From Tubiluchus corallicola (taxonomy: Eukaryota > Animalia > Priapulida): a stretch of 64,000 bases of DNA. Below the pieces are notes generated by a model that was not told where the DNA came from, searched no databases, and saw nothing but the letters and a program-made list of their open reading frames with translations. This document shows positions 41,901-55,960 of this stretch, piece after piece. The translations under genes and the position numbers were made by a program. The stretch's first letter is position 1. The number at the start of each line of letters is the position of its first letter. The stretch is taken from NCBI GenBank assembly GCA_030141605.1, contig JAQGDQ010000020.1:682001-746000 (forward strand), read 5' to 3'.

Positions 41901-44900
41901 ATTTCACATACATTAAAATAAATTACAGTAATATTTGTTAATTTTGTGAAGTAATGTCAAGATGCAAACATTCTCTGATGTGAAGTATCACAGTATGAGT
42001 GTTCATTCAGTCCAGCATATAGTGAAGGATTATTTCTTTACATATTCCTATTGTAGACGACTCTTTAGCAACATCTCCCAAAAACATATCGTGAGTATAA
42101 ATCGACTCCAAAAATTTCACCTTGAAAATTGCCTCCCAAAAATTCGACTTGTACATAAGTATATACGGTAAATACTTAAACTAAATTCATATTATCAGAA
42201 AAAAGTATAGTTCAATTCAACTACATAAACAATTACGAAAAATTTAATAACTTTACAAAACAATAACGAAGTATCTGCAAAACATCTTAAAAGCAATATC
42301 ACAAGTTCCTGAGCCAAATAATTACACTTAGCGGTCTTGAGCCACATACTGCAGTACAGACTATCAAATGTGACCAATTTTGGCAAAGAGAGAGAAGTGT
42401 TGTTGGGAAACAGAATAAAGAGTGTCACTCCATATAAGTGATTTAGTTATTGCAAAATTAAAAGAACTCCATAAAAGATAATATTTGGAGCAATATATCA
42501 ATTGCTTAGTTAAACAAGATGTGATTAATTCTTCTATAGGCCCTCTCGTAATACTATTATAACGAATAAATAAGTACATTTATTCACCAACAATAACAGA
42601 GAACTGAACTGGATGACAACCAAAGTGGAAGAGTGGGAAGTACATATGTTATAGCAACACTGCATCTTCTTGAAGGCTCAAATATTCATATTCAAAAGCT
42701 GTTTTCTGGAAGTGTTAGTTTGTTGTAAATCTTGATTGCCACTTAAATACAATTTACTTAACTCGCTGTGTCAATGTGATATTTAATGTGAAAACTTACT
42801 CTAAATTTTTTCTAACTACTTCATATTATCAAAAAAATATTTGAATTTAAACAAATGTGTGCATTCAAAAGCAATTTGAATTTATTTTGTTTTGTAGCAG
42901 CTACAATAACCTAGAGCACTAGAACCTATAACCTATAAATTCAAATACTTTCTGTTAGCTGAACATCAATATGTAAAAACTTGCAGACCTGTCATCATAT
43001 TGAAAGCAGACATCTTTAAATTCTATTTTTCCACTAGATACACGCAAGTCTAAGGCATCAGGTGTGTCTTGCACTTCCTGTTTCTGGTTTAGTAAATCAA
43101 ACATGTTCTCCATATCAATAAAGGACTGCTGTATCATCCTGTTGAAAAATGAGTTTTGGTAACTTAATAAAATACCATAAATACCAAAAATAAATACAAA
43201 CAATACATAAAGCACTTGCATCTAAAGAAATGATAATCAAATACGTGTGAAATGTGCACTCTTGTACCTCTGCTACTTTATCCAAAAACTTTTTGTTCAA
43301 ATTTTGCTGGGATGACTGGAAGGTATAATTCCGCAAAATATTTATTTACCTAGCCTCATAAAATTCAAATACTTTCTGCTAGCTAATATAATTTGGCTTA
43401 CATTGTTCACATGAAAAAGTTCATTCAATCTGCTAGCTGCTAGTAATTTCACAAGTTATAATTTAGTGCAATTTGCGTTCCAACAAAGGATCTGGGATTT
43501 TACGTATTTGGATAAGTGAGTTTGTTCAATGTTTGTGCTGTAGGAGAACAAAAAAAGTTTTATAAACATTTTACATTTTAATAGACTCACTTTGGGATGG
43601 AAGTGTTTTGACCCAACTAACTGATTAATTCAATTAGAAAGGGTGTAGCCTATTACTATAGAAGTATGAGTAATCAGGCATCACCATAGTATGCATTGGA
43701 AAGGCTTTAAATGAATGTTCGAAATGAATTAATGTCAAAATTCCTATTGATGTGCAATTATTTAAGAACACTATGTGCATAAGTGAATTTATAAAAAAGA
43801 AAATAAAAAATCTCGGTAATCTGATTATTACCACTAAATATTACGAATATTCAAGGTTTGTTGCTTCACTTCTTCACGCAGAAGTTTATAAAATTTCATA
43901 ATGATGAAAACATTGAAAATCTGTTGCTGTATACTGCACATATTCAAGCAAGCCACCTAGTCACTTAGTGCTTGAACTACAGTAGGCAATGACCTTGTTT
44001 CCCCTGTGAAAAGCAGTAGGAACTTCAAAAGCAAACTGCTGGACAACTGATTAAATGTTTAGCTTCCAGAACCAACAAGGTTAACTGCAGGTGGATGAGG
44101 GGGTGTCAGATTCAAAGCAAAACCATTAACGCATATGATAAACATACTGAGCCTGCTTACAAACAAAAACTGTACCTAACATAACTGTTTCTATGTATAT
44201 TAATAATGCACAAAATTGACGTAAAGTTGACATAAAAGCAGTAAAAGATCTTTGGGCATACACAAGTGTCTTATTTTAAGTATGTGAAGGAAAAATTGAG
44301 TCAATTATCGACAGTTTTTATATACATTTGAATAGGAGCGGCCGATACCAGACGTTTTTGAGTCAATTAGGCGACTGAGTCTATTAACCGTGAGTCTAAT
44401 AAACGGCGCCTAGTGAACAAAAGAAATGTTCAAGATCATTTTTCATTGCACTATTTCATTAGATTAACTTTCAATTGATTAAACTGATTAAAAAAATTGC
44501 ATCTTGACCATAATTAGATCTCTCTTAAAATCACATTTTCAAACAGTAGAAATTTTTTTATATATGCAGCCAGTTTTTGAGTTCTCATGATCAACTGACA
44601 CTAATTTCTAAATCAGCTTACACTCTAAGATTCCAATTAATGAACATTAGTAACAGTCCTACCTGTAATATGTGCCAAACCAATTCAGTGGAACATACAG
44701 TTGAATCAGATAAGTTGAAAACAGCACATAATCACCAACAGTCAATCCTTTTCCACCAACGACCAACCAGGCACAGTACAAAGAACCAGCTAACAGCCCA
44801 GCATTTATCGTAAAACTTTGCACCATATTGAGTAGGTTGAGAGAAGCTGTGGATATGTACTCAGCTTCCTGAAATTTAAGTATAGCTGCTCGGTAACGCT

Positions 44901-47900
44901 GTACTTCATAATCTTCTGCTCCATAATACTTCACCTAAACACACAAGCAAAACAAAGTTAGAAAAGGAAACCTGTTCAGGAGAATCCTAAGCAACACAAA
45001 TTAATGCTTAGAAGTTATGAGTTGTGTTGAAAATGCAAATTTATATTATGCAAAAACCTGACTTTCTGGGGAACTATATTCTATTTATTATATACTATAT
45101 ATCTAGGCTATCTATATACCAGGTACTAGTTATTGTACCCTTTTTCCTTTAATTTTGCTACCCTTTCTCTTGCACCCATGTAATCACTTATTAATATATA
45201 TTCTTCCTCTTATTTTCATGTAAATTTTATATGATTAATCAGCTATGTATTTCATGTAAATGTGCACTATAAGAGATAAATAAACATGCCTATGTCTATG
45301 TCTATGGGTATCTGTATATTTAAATGCGTATTTAGAAATCTGCATACCGTTTCAAAATTTAATAGTGAATCAACTCCTTTTGCTCTGGTTTCATTATCAA
45401 GTAAATTCATTCGACGTCTGAATTTCGTGCGCCACTCTGTGACGAGTATTGTAAACACTGTAATAAATAATAAACCAAATTAACCTTAACATCAAATTAA
45501 ATCTCTATCATAAAAAATCTGAATGCAATATGCAATTTTGAAATTAACAGATAAAAATGTAGAGTGTAATTTCAGTCTCATACACAAAACAATACTCTCT
45601 TGACATCTATCATACATGAGGATAAACAAAAAGATTTGTATCCTATAGTATTTAACAAAGCAGCTTCATAATATGCATACCTTTCAAAACAGCAAATGTA
45701 GACCATTTTAAAAAAGTTGGTTTGAGTGTTCACACGACAGTGTTGGGGCACAAAACTGGTTTGGAACCATTTTGGGAGGTAATTTGGAACCATTTTCAAA
45801 CTGTTTCAGACTAAAATCATTTGAATGGCATGATGTTAGCAATGCACACAACATGTCGTCTAACAAATAGCCAGTGACCGTGCGGATACGCAAAACATTT
45901 TCAAACCACTTAGCCGTGTGAAAAAAGATCTTCCTTGTCATTAGAAGACATAATGTCCGTGAGATAATATACCATAGGAAAGTTCCGTTACTGATGTCAG
46001 CATCATCAAATGTTCTTGTTCAGTGACAAGCAAATGTCAGTGCAACAAACCGAAAAGCCTGAAAAATTCGACCTATACTTTCCTTCCACTGAACTAACAA
46101 AAGTTAAAGTAAGGTATGTATTATTTAATACATAATACATACATATCAGGTACATAATACATACCTAAATAGAGCATCATTGTCAGGAAAACAATGAGGC
46201 CAAACCACAAGTTGAAAGTAGTTGCGAAGTAAACAATTGCAACTATAATATCTACTATTGTTGGTATGATGTTAAATATAATATAGCTGAAAACAAAAAA
46301 ATATGACATTTGTAGGAATTAATCACAATAATCATGATTGCAAAACAATATCGGAAACAACAAAATTTGTTTCGAATCACTATACCTACTTAAAAAAATC
46401 CACTAAATGCTTTAGCTATTATGTTGAATAGTGCATAATTGAAAAACACAATATTGAAAACATGTAAATAAAAATAAATTTGTGTACTTATTCAAACAAA
46501 CAAAATTGTGCAAAAAAATTAACTGGCTGGTGTCAGTCTATAAAACGTCAATAGGCCTGTAATGCTCACTAATAAACGAACAATCCAACTGTTATTGGAC
46601 CCAGACCCATATGCATTCTCATTACTTCAAGATTAAGAGTTTTTTACTTCTTGCCCTTCTAGCAAGCATTTGTTAAAAATAATTCTTTAAATCATTAATA
46701 ATAAATATATTAAAGTCTTTCAACTGATGTATAAATTGACAAAAGATAATAAAGTTAAAGCACTAGCTGCGGAAACAATATGTCCACATAACCTATATAA
46801 TAAATTACTACCTAAAATAACGTAGACTTGCAAAAGTCTCATCAAAAACACTTTAAGCAGTATAAGGACTAAATCAAAATAATCATCATAGCAACCCAGA
46901 GAAGGTAGAATGTTCAGGCATTTGCACTTTAAATTTCAAAGTATTACTCACTATAATTGAAAAGGTTATTATTTGTTAATTGTGGCAACTCCATGTTTTG
47001 CAAACATTTAATAATGATAGTTAGTAACAGACAGTAATAAATATGATACTTGAGCAAAGTGTTTATGCTTGTTGTGCCTCTATCCATCACTCTGAGTACC
47101 TCTCCAGTCTTTCTTCCTAAATGCCATCTTAGTGATAACCTATCAAAAAAATATAGCTTTGGAAAAATTACATAAAAACTACTGCAAAAATCAATCACCA
47201 TTAATCATAAAGCACTATTGTAATAATTTCTCTGGGTTTTGTATCTCTTATGTTGTTTAATTAGAAAACAGACTGCCGATGAAACACGTCTGGCTATCTA
47301 GTCGTCGGTATCAGTATGTCAATGCACACCACAAATTTTCAAGCAACCCTGCACACTTTCTACATTACATTTATTAGCTTAACAGCACTAAATCTTTTTT
47401 CATTTTCAGCTGCCCTAAATTCACTTATAGCAGGCACATCTTCACATGCTTTTGTGTGCAAGAAAGCACTATGAAAAAACTGTTGAGAATACAAACCCGT
47501 GTAAATGTTTATAGAGATCTACTTGTATTTCCCTAGCTGTATACTGTTGAACACGAATCCACAAATACGTATTCAAGTTGTTCAACAACCCCATAGAACC
47601 TGTAATCATGAATGATAAAAAAAGTCAGTCTTACACAGTCAAATGAGGTGGGACACGATACCCAATTTGGGCAAAAAGTGTGGTAATTGAATTCTGGTAA
47701 GCATGTGGGCTTTTTAAAGTGACTAATGCAGCAGCAAAATTGTTACTCTTTGTTTAGCAATAAAGGTAAAAACTGTTTATACCAAAATTAATGGTTTACT
47801 GAAGTAAAAGTTTCAAAAACAATCACGCATCTGTGGGTGCTGGCACTTCACGCCATATTGCCAAAATTTTGAACATTCACACATTAGCCTTACAATTTTT

Positions 47901-50900
47901 AAGCACTTATCTGTTAATAATCACCTAGCAAACATACACCATAGTGTATGGCATGTACACTTTAACTCATATTCAAAACTTGCGTTCGAACAACTACATA
48001 ATATAACATTAAAGTATTAACAATATTTTTACCTGTTCCTCCTCCCTGAAGCAGTCGAAGTACAACATAAATCAAAATGTAGTCCCATTTAAACTCCAAA
48101 TCAACTCCGGTTAAACTATCAACTATAATGTAATAAAAAACTTAATAATTTAAATAATTAACATGTGGTCTTCAGCAACATGCTTTAAGAAAACTAACAA
48201 CAAAAAACAAGAAAATTTTAAAACACTGAGGAACTTAAAAAGGCGAGCAAATTAACTAAATCAAACTCTGTATTACATCAGTCATCCATTAAAATGATAA
48301 AATACATATTTTGTACAACACAAAAAATAAAACATACAGTAAAGCACTCTAACTATAATCATCTTCCAGTGTACTTTACAAAAACTATAATAATCTACAT
48401 AAATCAACACAGTTATAAACATTATCAAGCTTTTAGTGAAGGTTTAAAACCATTAATGTTAGAAATAACTTTAATTGGTAAATCAATATTAGTATTGTTT
48501 ATTTATATACTTGGTACTTTCCTATACTCAAGTACTTGTACACAAACAGTTTTCGAATGGCCTGGTACTTGTACATAGCCTACTGTAGCAAAAAGTACTT
48601 GTGCTTCAATACTTACTGTCACATTTATCTATCATAATTCCAATTATTTTCGTTATTTTAACAAAAAAATTGAATAACAAACCTATTAGTTTATTATACA
48701 CAGGTACAAGTACATTCAGGCCCCGCACAGCTGCAATGATGAAAAAACAAAATACAACTCGCAGTTGTAGCATAAGACTCTTCTTTGGAAATACAAAAGG
48801 CCATATCAGCTTCGTCTTTTCCCAGACATTTGTCCATGTAGACTGACTAGTATTAGTATGTGCTCCTCTAAGTGGCGTTTCTTCTGTTAATGGCTAAATA
48901 AACAACAAAAACTATAAATGTGCCAAGGAAAACATTTCCTTATTATTTCAATACATAATGATAGCATTATTTTTCGTGTTTTTGTCCCAAACGAAGAGAA
49001 TAACCTTAGCATTAAAAAACAAATGATTAGAACAAATACAAATATGTTTTCAGATTCTAGCTTCTCAAAAACTGTGAATCAACAAGTATGAGGTTATGAC
49101 TTTTATGTTCCTCATTTAACAAAAAAAATTAAATTATGTCAGCACCCGATCACAATCCTTCAATTACAACACAATTAAATGATGGAAAAAAGTTTTAAAA
49201 TTCTCATTTAATGCTTTGAAATACATATCAAATCACCAACAGCAAACCTTTTAGCAAATTCTATTTGAAGTTACTCCGATTCAAATTATACTTACAGCAA
49301 TATACAAAAAACAAAATACCTTGTTCTCCTCTATATTTGAAACATCTCTGCTTAGCATTGCATACCAAGTTCGCTTACTTGGTAAGCCTGGGGCTGCAAG
49401 GCCAATGATAAACAAAAGTGCAGTAGAGATATACCTTATGACGAATAAAGCAGTCTCTATATTATCTGACTTTCTATAAAAAAAGGACAATATGTTACCT
49501 TTTGTCAGCAAAAATTAAACTATATAAACTTTAATGAAAGTGACTAATCAAAATTAAACAAATGCTCCATGTTACAAATGTACCTAATAATAGAAAACAT
49601 GATTTATCATTTGTTAAAGTATTAATTTCACGACGCATCTTTGTTAAGAAATACAGTGATACTACAGCACTGTATACGACAACGTAGTACACCTTGGAGT
49701 ATTATACTGTTTTTTCCAACTCCATTGTACTATATTAGTTAATTACTATTACTTTCAATTAAAAGCAGAGAAAGCAATTAATTTCAGAGAAAAGAATCAA
49801 TGCTTCTGCAATGACATAGAATTTCTCTTCATCTTTTCAAAATGCACTAAATATTTACTTTCTTGTTAATCAGTTTACCAATTAAAACTTATAAACCACA
49901 GGATTCTGAACAAAAAATTTGCTGTAGCTGTCGGCTTACTTACGTGCGTTGCTTGAACCACCATTCTTCGCTAAACCAATTAAGAAAGCTTAAATTTGAT
50001 TTGATCAAAGCAAGCATCCAGAATATCAGCAAGATCATGCCATGTCCTCTGGTGGGAACGGTTGGCAGCATGCGCCGTCGTTCTACGATTATCAGTGCAA
50101 GAGAAATGGAATATGCAGCCAGGTAGAATATGGAACTCAAAATCATAAATCCATAAATATGCTTATCACCTTCAGAAAACACAAAGAAATATATAAGCAA
50201 CAGGACTATGAGATCGACTCTATAGCTCTCTTTCAGAATGCATTGTTGCAATCTACCACTGTGCAATAATTCTTTAAATTTTCAAGTTGCTCACCACTTC
50301 AACGAAAATAGTTTTAACACAGCAAAGTAAAAAGCAAACTACCAGACTGGACAGGTATCAAATCAGGTATAATTAAAATCAGCTTAGCCAACACCTCTTT
50401 GGCTACTTTACAAGTTCAAATTGATTTTTGATTGATTTCTTAGAAATGATGAAGATATTATTAGTCATCGTTTCTTAGTTATGCTTAATTAATTAACACA
50501 AATATACCTTACCTAATACTGTTCCATACAAAATCAAATGCACCACTGCTTCTAGAGCAAGAAGAACTGTCAGAAATAACTAAACAAAAAAATACAATAA
50601 AAACTCAAGTATCACATTTCAAAAATAAAAATTTCAAAAAAGTTTATGTACAATATGTGACATTAGCAGGGTTTTAAATTTGAAAAAAAGCTAAGCAACT
50701 TAACATAATATCAGGTTAGAATACACTGCTATTTTACCAATAGAAGTTGCAGAACTTATCTTACTGTTGGCATTTTCTAGAGTGCTGAAAATTTAGTATC
50801 CTGAATTTGACTTCTTAACAACATATTAGTGATTTACTTACACAGGATCTTATAGTAAGCTATATAATATTAATTTACACTGAACTGATCAAAAAGCAAG

Positions 50901-51547
50901 GGTTTTCTGAAATTTGCACACTATACTTAGAATTTCACCAGTTGCAAAATGTGTTAAGACACAAACTACTGAAAAAAAAGCTTCAAGTTACCTGTAGACT
51001 GAAGAAAAAGCTTTTTGGTCGTATTCTGGGATCAATGAGATTAGAATATTTGTGATAAAAGTACAATTGTGCTCCTAAAATATAATGTACACTTATGTAT
51101 CGTACAGAATTACAAAAAATGGTCAAAATTTACATTCCATTTAAGAAACACACGTTTGAATTAACTGCTTCATTTGTTTGCATTTTACAAAAAGCTTAAG
51201 CATCAATTATGTTATTCTGTCTACTTACAACAAAGAAAAAAGAATGACTTCAGCCCAAAAGTCATTTTTTTTAAGAAACACGTTAGGCTGATAATATTGC
51301 ATGGCAAAACTTTAAAATAATAATGCAATCAGTTAGGTTGATCATGAGAAATACAACAACAATAACAACAAGAAAAATAATTCTATAAAAGAGAAAACAA
51401 ACTCAAAAAGGTAATACCTCCAAAAATGAAAATAATGCCAAAAAGGATGGCTGATTCAACAGTCTCTAAAAAGCACTGATTGAGTCCATGATCCCATACA
51501 ACTCTCAAAGTAATGTTAGGTGGACAATAGCTAGTAGGGTCTTCCAT
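35946..51547 (-). CDS. ABCB6: ABCB6 / HMT-1-type half ABC transporter (TMD0-TMD-NBD), 20 coding exons, about 855 aa
   Basis: Coding exons in transcript order: 51418-51547, 50992-51074, 50513-50579, 49944-50169, 49320-49473, 48683-48893, 48033-48122, 47497-47599, 47050-47139, 46165-46286, 45348-45457, 44663-44934, 42989-43138, 41217-41274, 40713-40817, 40309-40382, 39299-39399, 38568-38680, 37112-37206, 35946-36159. All introns are GT-AG with compatible phases; the total is 2568 nt including the stop. N-terminus [26 protein letters not shown] is TMD0-like with the cysteine pair. Other motifs: [62 protein letters not shown], Walker [10 protein letters not shown]-loop VVPQD, signature LSGGEKQR, Walker B VLLDEATSALD, H-loop VAHRLST. 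Confidence 0.95.
41377..42168. mobile_element. Non-autonomous Tc1/mariner (Tc2-like) element in an ABCB6 intron
   Basis: Imperfect TIRs ccatatatacgtgtgtacaagtc / gacttgtacataagtatatacgg, with TA on both sides (41375-76 and 42169-70). Internal (GT)n near 41610-41638. Confidence 0.75.
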
Positions 51548-51621
51548 TCTTATTCACCAGTTGCAATTCCAATCAATAAAATGTTAAACTCAGCATCTTT
51601 TAATTGGCTATTAGAGCATGG

Positions 51622-51879
51622 CAGACTTGTAGCTTAATACTCTGTAAGAAAGATAATTAATTTTAATTTGCAACTTCAACAGGGCATAACATTAAACAAA
51701 CTAAACTCATGTAGTTTACTACTCTGTAAGAAAAATAGTTAACTTCAATTTGTAACTTCAACTGGACCTAATCTTAACACACTAAACTCACCAGACTTGT
51801 AGTTTAATACTCTGTAAGAATGATAGTTTACTTCAATTTGCAACTTCAACAGGGCCTAATGTTAAACAAACTAAACTCA
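51622..51879. repeat. Three tandem ~81-89 bp repeats just upstream of the ABCB6 start codon
   Basis: Unit (cagact)tgtag..ta.tactctgtaagaa..ata.tt...caacttcaac.gg.c.taa..ttaa.ca.actaaactca at about 51622, 51710 and 51791. Confidence 0.85.
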
Positions 51880-52185
51880 ATAAAATATATTTTGGAATAT
51901 TACAACATTTTACTAAAAATTAATTAGAAAAAAACACAACCAGCAAGTGTCACGATCTAACATTCATTTAAATGAGTCAAGATCACATCACCTAAAGTCA
52001 GGTTATTCCAGCAACTTGCTAATTGCATATTGCTACAACCTAAAATTTTACCAGTGCGACGACTAAAAAATGCACAAAATTTTAACCTTTAATTACATTT
52101 CAGATTGAAAACTAGCAAGTGCACACATGCACCAGAAAAAAACTGCAGAGTAAAACAGTGTGTACAGCCACAGTACAACAAATGA

Positions 52186-53166
52186 TTGTGCAGTAAAAAT
52201 GGCACAAGAAAAAATTGCATGTTAAAATGGCACATGTTATTTTGACGCAACTGATTTCTACAATAAAGCTAGAATGCACTCAATAGGAAGCAGACCTCTG
52301 TCAAAGTCGACTAATCTTAAACTCATTCATTTGATTCTTTAGATTAAAAAAACATAAAACAAAAATAAAAAGCAAACATGCAAAAATGTACCTGTATCAG
52401 TATTATATATTCCACCTAGTGTTTATCTACTTTTCTTTAACCATTAATTTTGCTTTCCTAATAGACTGACATATATACGTATTTAGATACCAAGTCAGCT
52501 CATAACGTTTAGATAAGCAAACAGTTTAATAAGCAATTAGATAGCAGTGTAATAAGCAAAGGTTATAGAACAGGATTACACAGTTTTCCAAGCGAGAATT
52601 TCTCAAAATGGAACTTAGAACTAACTCGTAGTTTATTGTTTTGGTGGAGATAATAAAAAGTATTAAACACTATCTCTGGGACCTCTGCAAAGTGCTTCAC
52701 AAAATGCTTTTTGTATCTGGTGTTCGGTCAAGTTTAGCAAAAAAACGGACAATGAAATGCAGATTTTCGCACCCTATAGCCACCCTCTCTACAAAGTTTC
52801 ATGGAAATCCATTAGGTGGTTATTGCATAACAGGCTTACTGCTATAACAGACAAAAAACAGCAAACAAACAAAGAAACTGTGTTGAAGCATAACTTTCCA
52901 CAGCAACCCTAGCCTAAACTCATATTTTACTTACTAAGTGTACCATTTTTTCCTGTGCCATTCTTACCATGAAACAAACAAGCTGCATTGAAGGATGACT
53001 TCCCGCAGTAACACTAACCCTAAATTCATATTTTACCAAGTATGCCATTTTTTCCTGTGGCATGTTTTTAAAGTGCGATTTTACCTTTACTATTTTACCT
53101 GCACTGTTTTTACCATGCCAATTTTCTCGCGTCACTTTTATTTGTGCCATTTTTACCTGCATTCCA
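52186..53166. mobile_element. MITE with repeated aaatggcaca/tgtgccattt termini and a probable nested Helentron-associated (HINE-like) insertion at about 52265-52905
   Basis: Left tgcagtaaaaatggcaca vs right tgtgccatttttacctgca are inverted, each in several copies. The inner segment begins ctagaatgcactca and has caaagtttcatggaaatcc and an (acaa)n microsatellite near its end. Confidence 0.5.
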
Positions 53167-53259
53167 ATTAATGATAACTAAAATTTATAGTAAAAAACAA
53201 GCTATACAGCTTACGTAATCTTATAAATACAGATTACAGAGATTGTTAATTCAACTCAC

Positions 53260-53339
53260 CTTTAATTCATCTTTGCAGCTAGCCCCATCATTTTGATATT
53301 TATTATGGCTTTAATTTTAGGAGCCGTTCTGTAAGGAAC
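53260..53339 (-). other. Candidate 80-nt 5' UTR exon of ABCB6
   Basis: Acceptor ctattttag and donor AAG|gtgagt on the minus strand; all three frames contain stops. Confidence 0.4.
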
Positions 53340-54978
53340 CTAAAATAGGGTTATAACATCATACACTCAATCTCTAAACTACTTTTTTGTGGCATATGTA
53401 CTTTACCTACAATGATTATGACAATTTGACACACTATATACACCACATACTCATCTATAGAGCAAAAACATATAGGCATTTAGAACTACAGGCACTAGTA
53501 TCATTCTGCAGAAAAGTCAGTGTTTGCAGGCTTCTTCTTTCTCATGAATCCAGTCTAGATTTCATTCTTCAATGAGGTTGAGACGGTTAATCGTTTAAAC
53601 ATTTAACCGACCACTAAATGATGTAACTGTTTAGAAAATCACTAACTGTTTAACCATTACTTTCCTTTGCATTTTAACATCACACAATTTTTCACAAGCA
53701 AATCAAATCACACACACAGAAAATCATCGATGAACTATCACAAGACAGATGCAAACAGGATTAAAATAACCAGCCTTAGTTCAGAGTGTCACACATTCAT
53801 ATTCATCCACAACATGCTGCTGATTTTGTCCACAATTATCTTGCAAACATGCATGTTAAAATGTGATTTCCAGGTGGCTTTTAAAGCCTTTTACAAGGGA
53901 AATGCCTGTATTTTCTCTTACTGTGCATGATTATAGTGCTGCCCTGGCAAAATCATTGCAGTACTGAAAACAACACATGGAATCATGAACCTGTAACAAC
54001 ACCAACCAAAGGTGGTTTGTTGTTCGTTGTGCATTGAGGCCAACAATAAAAGTATTTCTGTTTCCGCATAATCAGTCATATAGAAGCGCATTTTTAATTC
54101 AAAACGTAAAACTCATTAATTACTATAACATCATTCTTTCGGAAAATGCAGGACACGGCCATGTTTTTCCACGGCTAACTCTCGGCCAGGGCTGTCATTT
54201 TGTATGATTGCATTGTATTGGAGTCTAAAAATATCGAATTTTCTGCCAAATTGGTGTATTAACGGCCGAGCAGTGTTGCCACTTGCACCATAATTATCAG
54301 AACATACACGTTTATGATACAAAAGAGAAACTATGCAATAATTAATAATTATACGATAATTTAGTAATGCGAAACTAAAAAACAAAGCGTGTAAAAAATG
54401 TGTATCGAAAAAATTTAAAACATTACTGCTAACAAGTGGAAAATAAACTACTTTGATTTCAACTGATTTTAAATATTCCACAATTCAGCTTTAAACATTC
54501 ACAAAGCTTTAAAAAAAATTTTCCCCTCTCTTCCTACTGACTTCTTCTGGGCTCATGAGGTAAGACAAAAGCCATTTTTTGTGGCCGGCCTAATATTCAG
54601 AGTTTGCTCACATGGTGATTCCAACATGGCAGACTCTAAAAGCATGGGAGTTTATGTACAACCAACGATGTGTGAGTAAACGTGTCATGATTCGGAGCAG
54701 GTAACTGCTCACAGATATTTCTTTATAAATTGAATTGTGTTGTTCAAAAACTTCTTCAAACATTCAAAAGGGTTCATAATTTCTTCACGTAATGAAGAAA
54801 TACTAAATTGAGTGAATTTCCATTCATTCAATTTGAGTTGAATTTCATTTGAGTATTATAAAATGGGGTTAGAGTTAGACAATTTCTTCGTATTAGTTCA
54901 TCATGTCTATTTGATATATTGTCATATGTATGAGGTCGTCAGGAATTGTTAACCAACTGCAATTAATAACATTTAAAC

Positions 54979-55422
54979 CAGTGGTTCTTAACCTGGGGTC
55001 CTGGTACCCCCTGGGGGTACCAAATGCCATCCCAGGGGATACCAAATGCAGATCTGCTTTATCAAAAATTTTGCCCTGAGAGCGACTCAAAAAAAGATAT
55101 AAGTCTCAAAGCTAAACAAAGAGGATAAAGTAGTTGAACCCTAATTACAATCGTTAAAACGTTGTTAAAATATACTTTTACTAAATAGGTTTGACACTGT
55201 GAGCCACCTGAACTGCTATTTCCGTAGAAATCGTAGCGCACATTGTGTTAAATAATTTACGATGTTATACTGGACTTATACCGCAGAAATAGTTTGGGCA
55301 TGCAGTTTAAAAAACCTACTTTGTTCCTATATACATACTTTTTGTAAATTTCTACAAAGGGCACCAGACGACTTTGTTCGCCTTCAGGCTGTACCAGTAG
55401 TGAAAAAGGTTAAGAACCACTG
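54979..55422. mobile_element. hAT (Charlie/Buster-like) MITE, 444 bp
   Basis: Perfect 16-bp TIR cagtggttcttaacct / aggttaagaaccactg. The 8-bp flanks atttaaac / gtttagac match at 6 of 8 positions and have a central TA. Confidence 0.85.
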
Positions 55423-55499
55423 GTTTAGACGGTTAGTTAAAAAAGCCTAACTGTCTCAACCTTATTGTTCAATAAAAATTAGCATACGTTTGGATGGTC

Positions 55500-55960
55500 C
55501 CTGTAAACTCATTAACTATAAAGATTCCATGGACCTTTGAGGTAAGCCATTTTACAGATCAATTATCATATGGCTGAAAAAACAGTTTTTTAAATCCAGC
55601 TTTGCTCTTTTCTTGTACAATTGTAACTGGAGTCCTCATGTCATTCTCCCATGGCTCTTAAATGTGAAGCACAGCATCAATTCCTTTAATAACTTTGAAA
55701 GCTTATATTAAATCAGCATATGAACTTCTAATTAATAATGTATGCAGGCCTAGACGCTTAAGTTGCTGACAGTAAGGAACATTCTTTAACCCTTCAACCA
55801 CTTTTGTAGCCCTTCTTTGGACACCCTTGATCAAATATATGTCTTTAATAAAGTGTGGATTCCTAACAGGACTAGAGTATTCCACAATTGTAAGGACCTT
55901 GGATTTTATAATGTGATGAATATGCTTGCGCTTTTATTAATAAATGTTCTGTTTGTCATG
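55500..55960 (-). mobile_element. Decayed CR1-type LINE 3' fragment
   Basis: EYSSPVRNPHFIKDIYLIKGVQRRATKVVEGLKNVPYCQQLKRLGLHTL..ADLI matches the CR1 ORF2 C-terminal region. Confidence 0.8.

Noticed and set aside
53300-53510. Possible in-frame TGA (selenocysteine) peptide ...YR*VCGVYSVSNCHNHCRFLTERLL on the minus strand
   Set aside because: It depends on speculative splicing, matches no selenoprotein family I recognise, and I found no SECIS.
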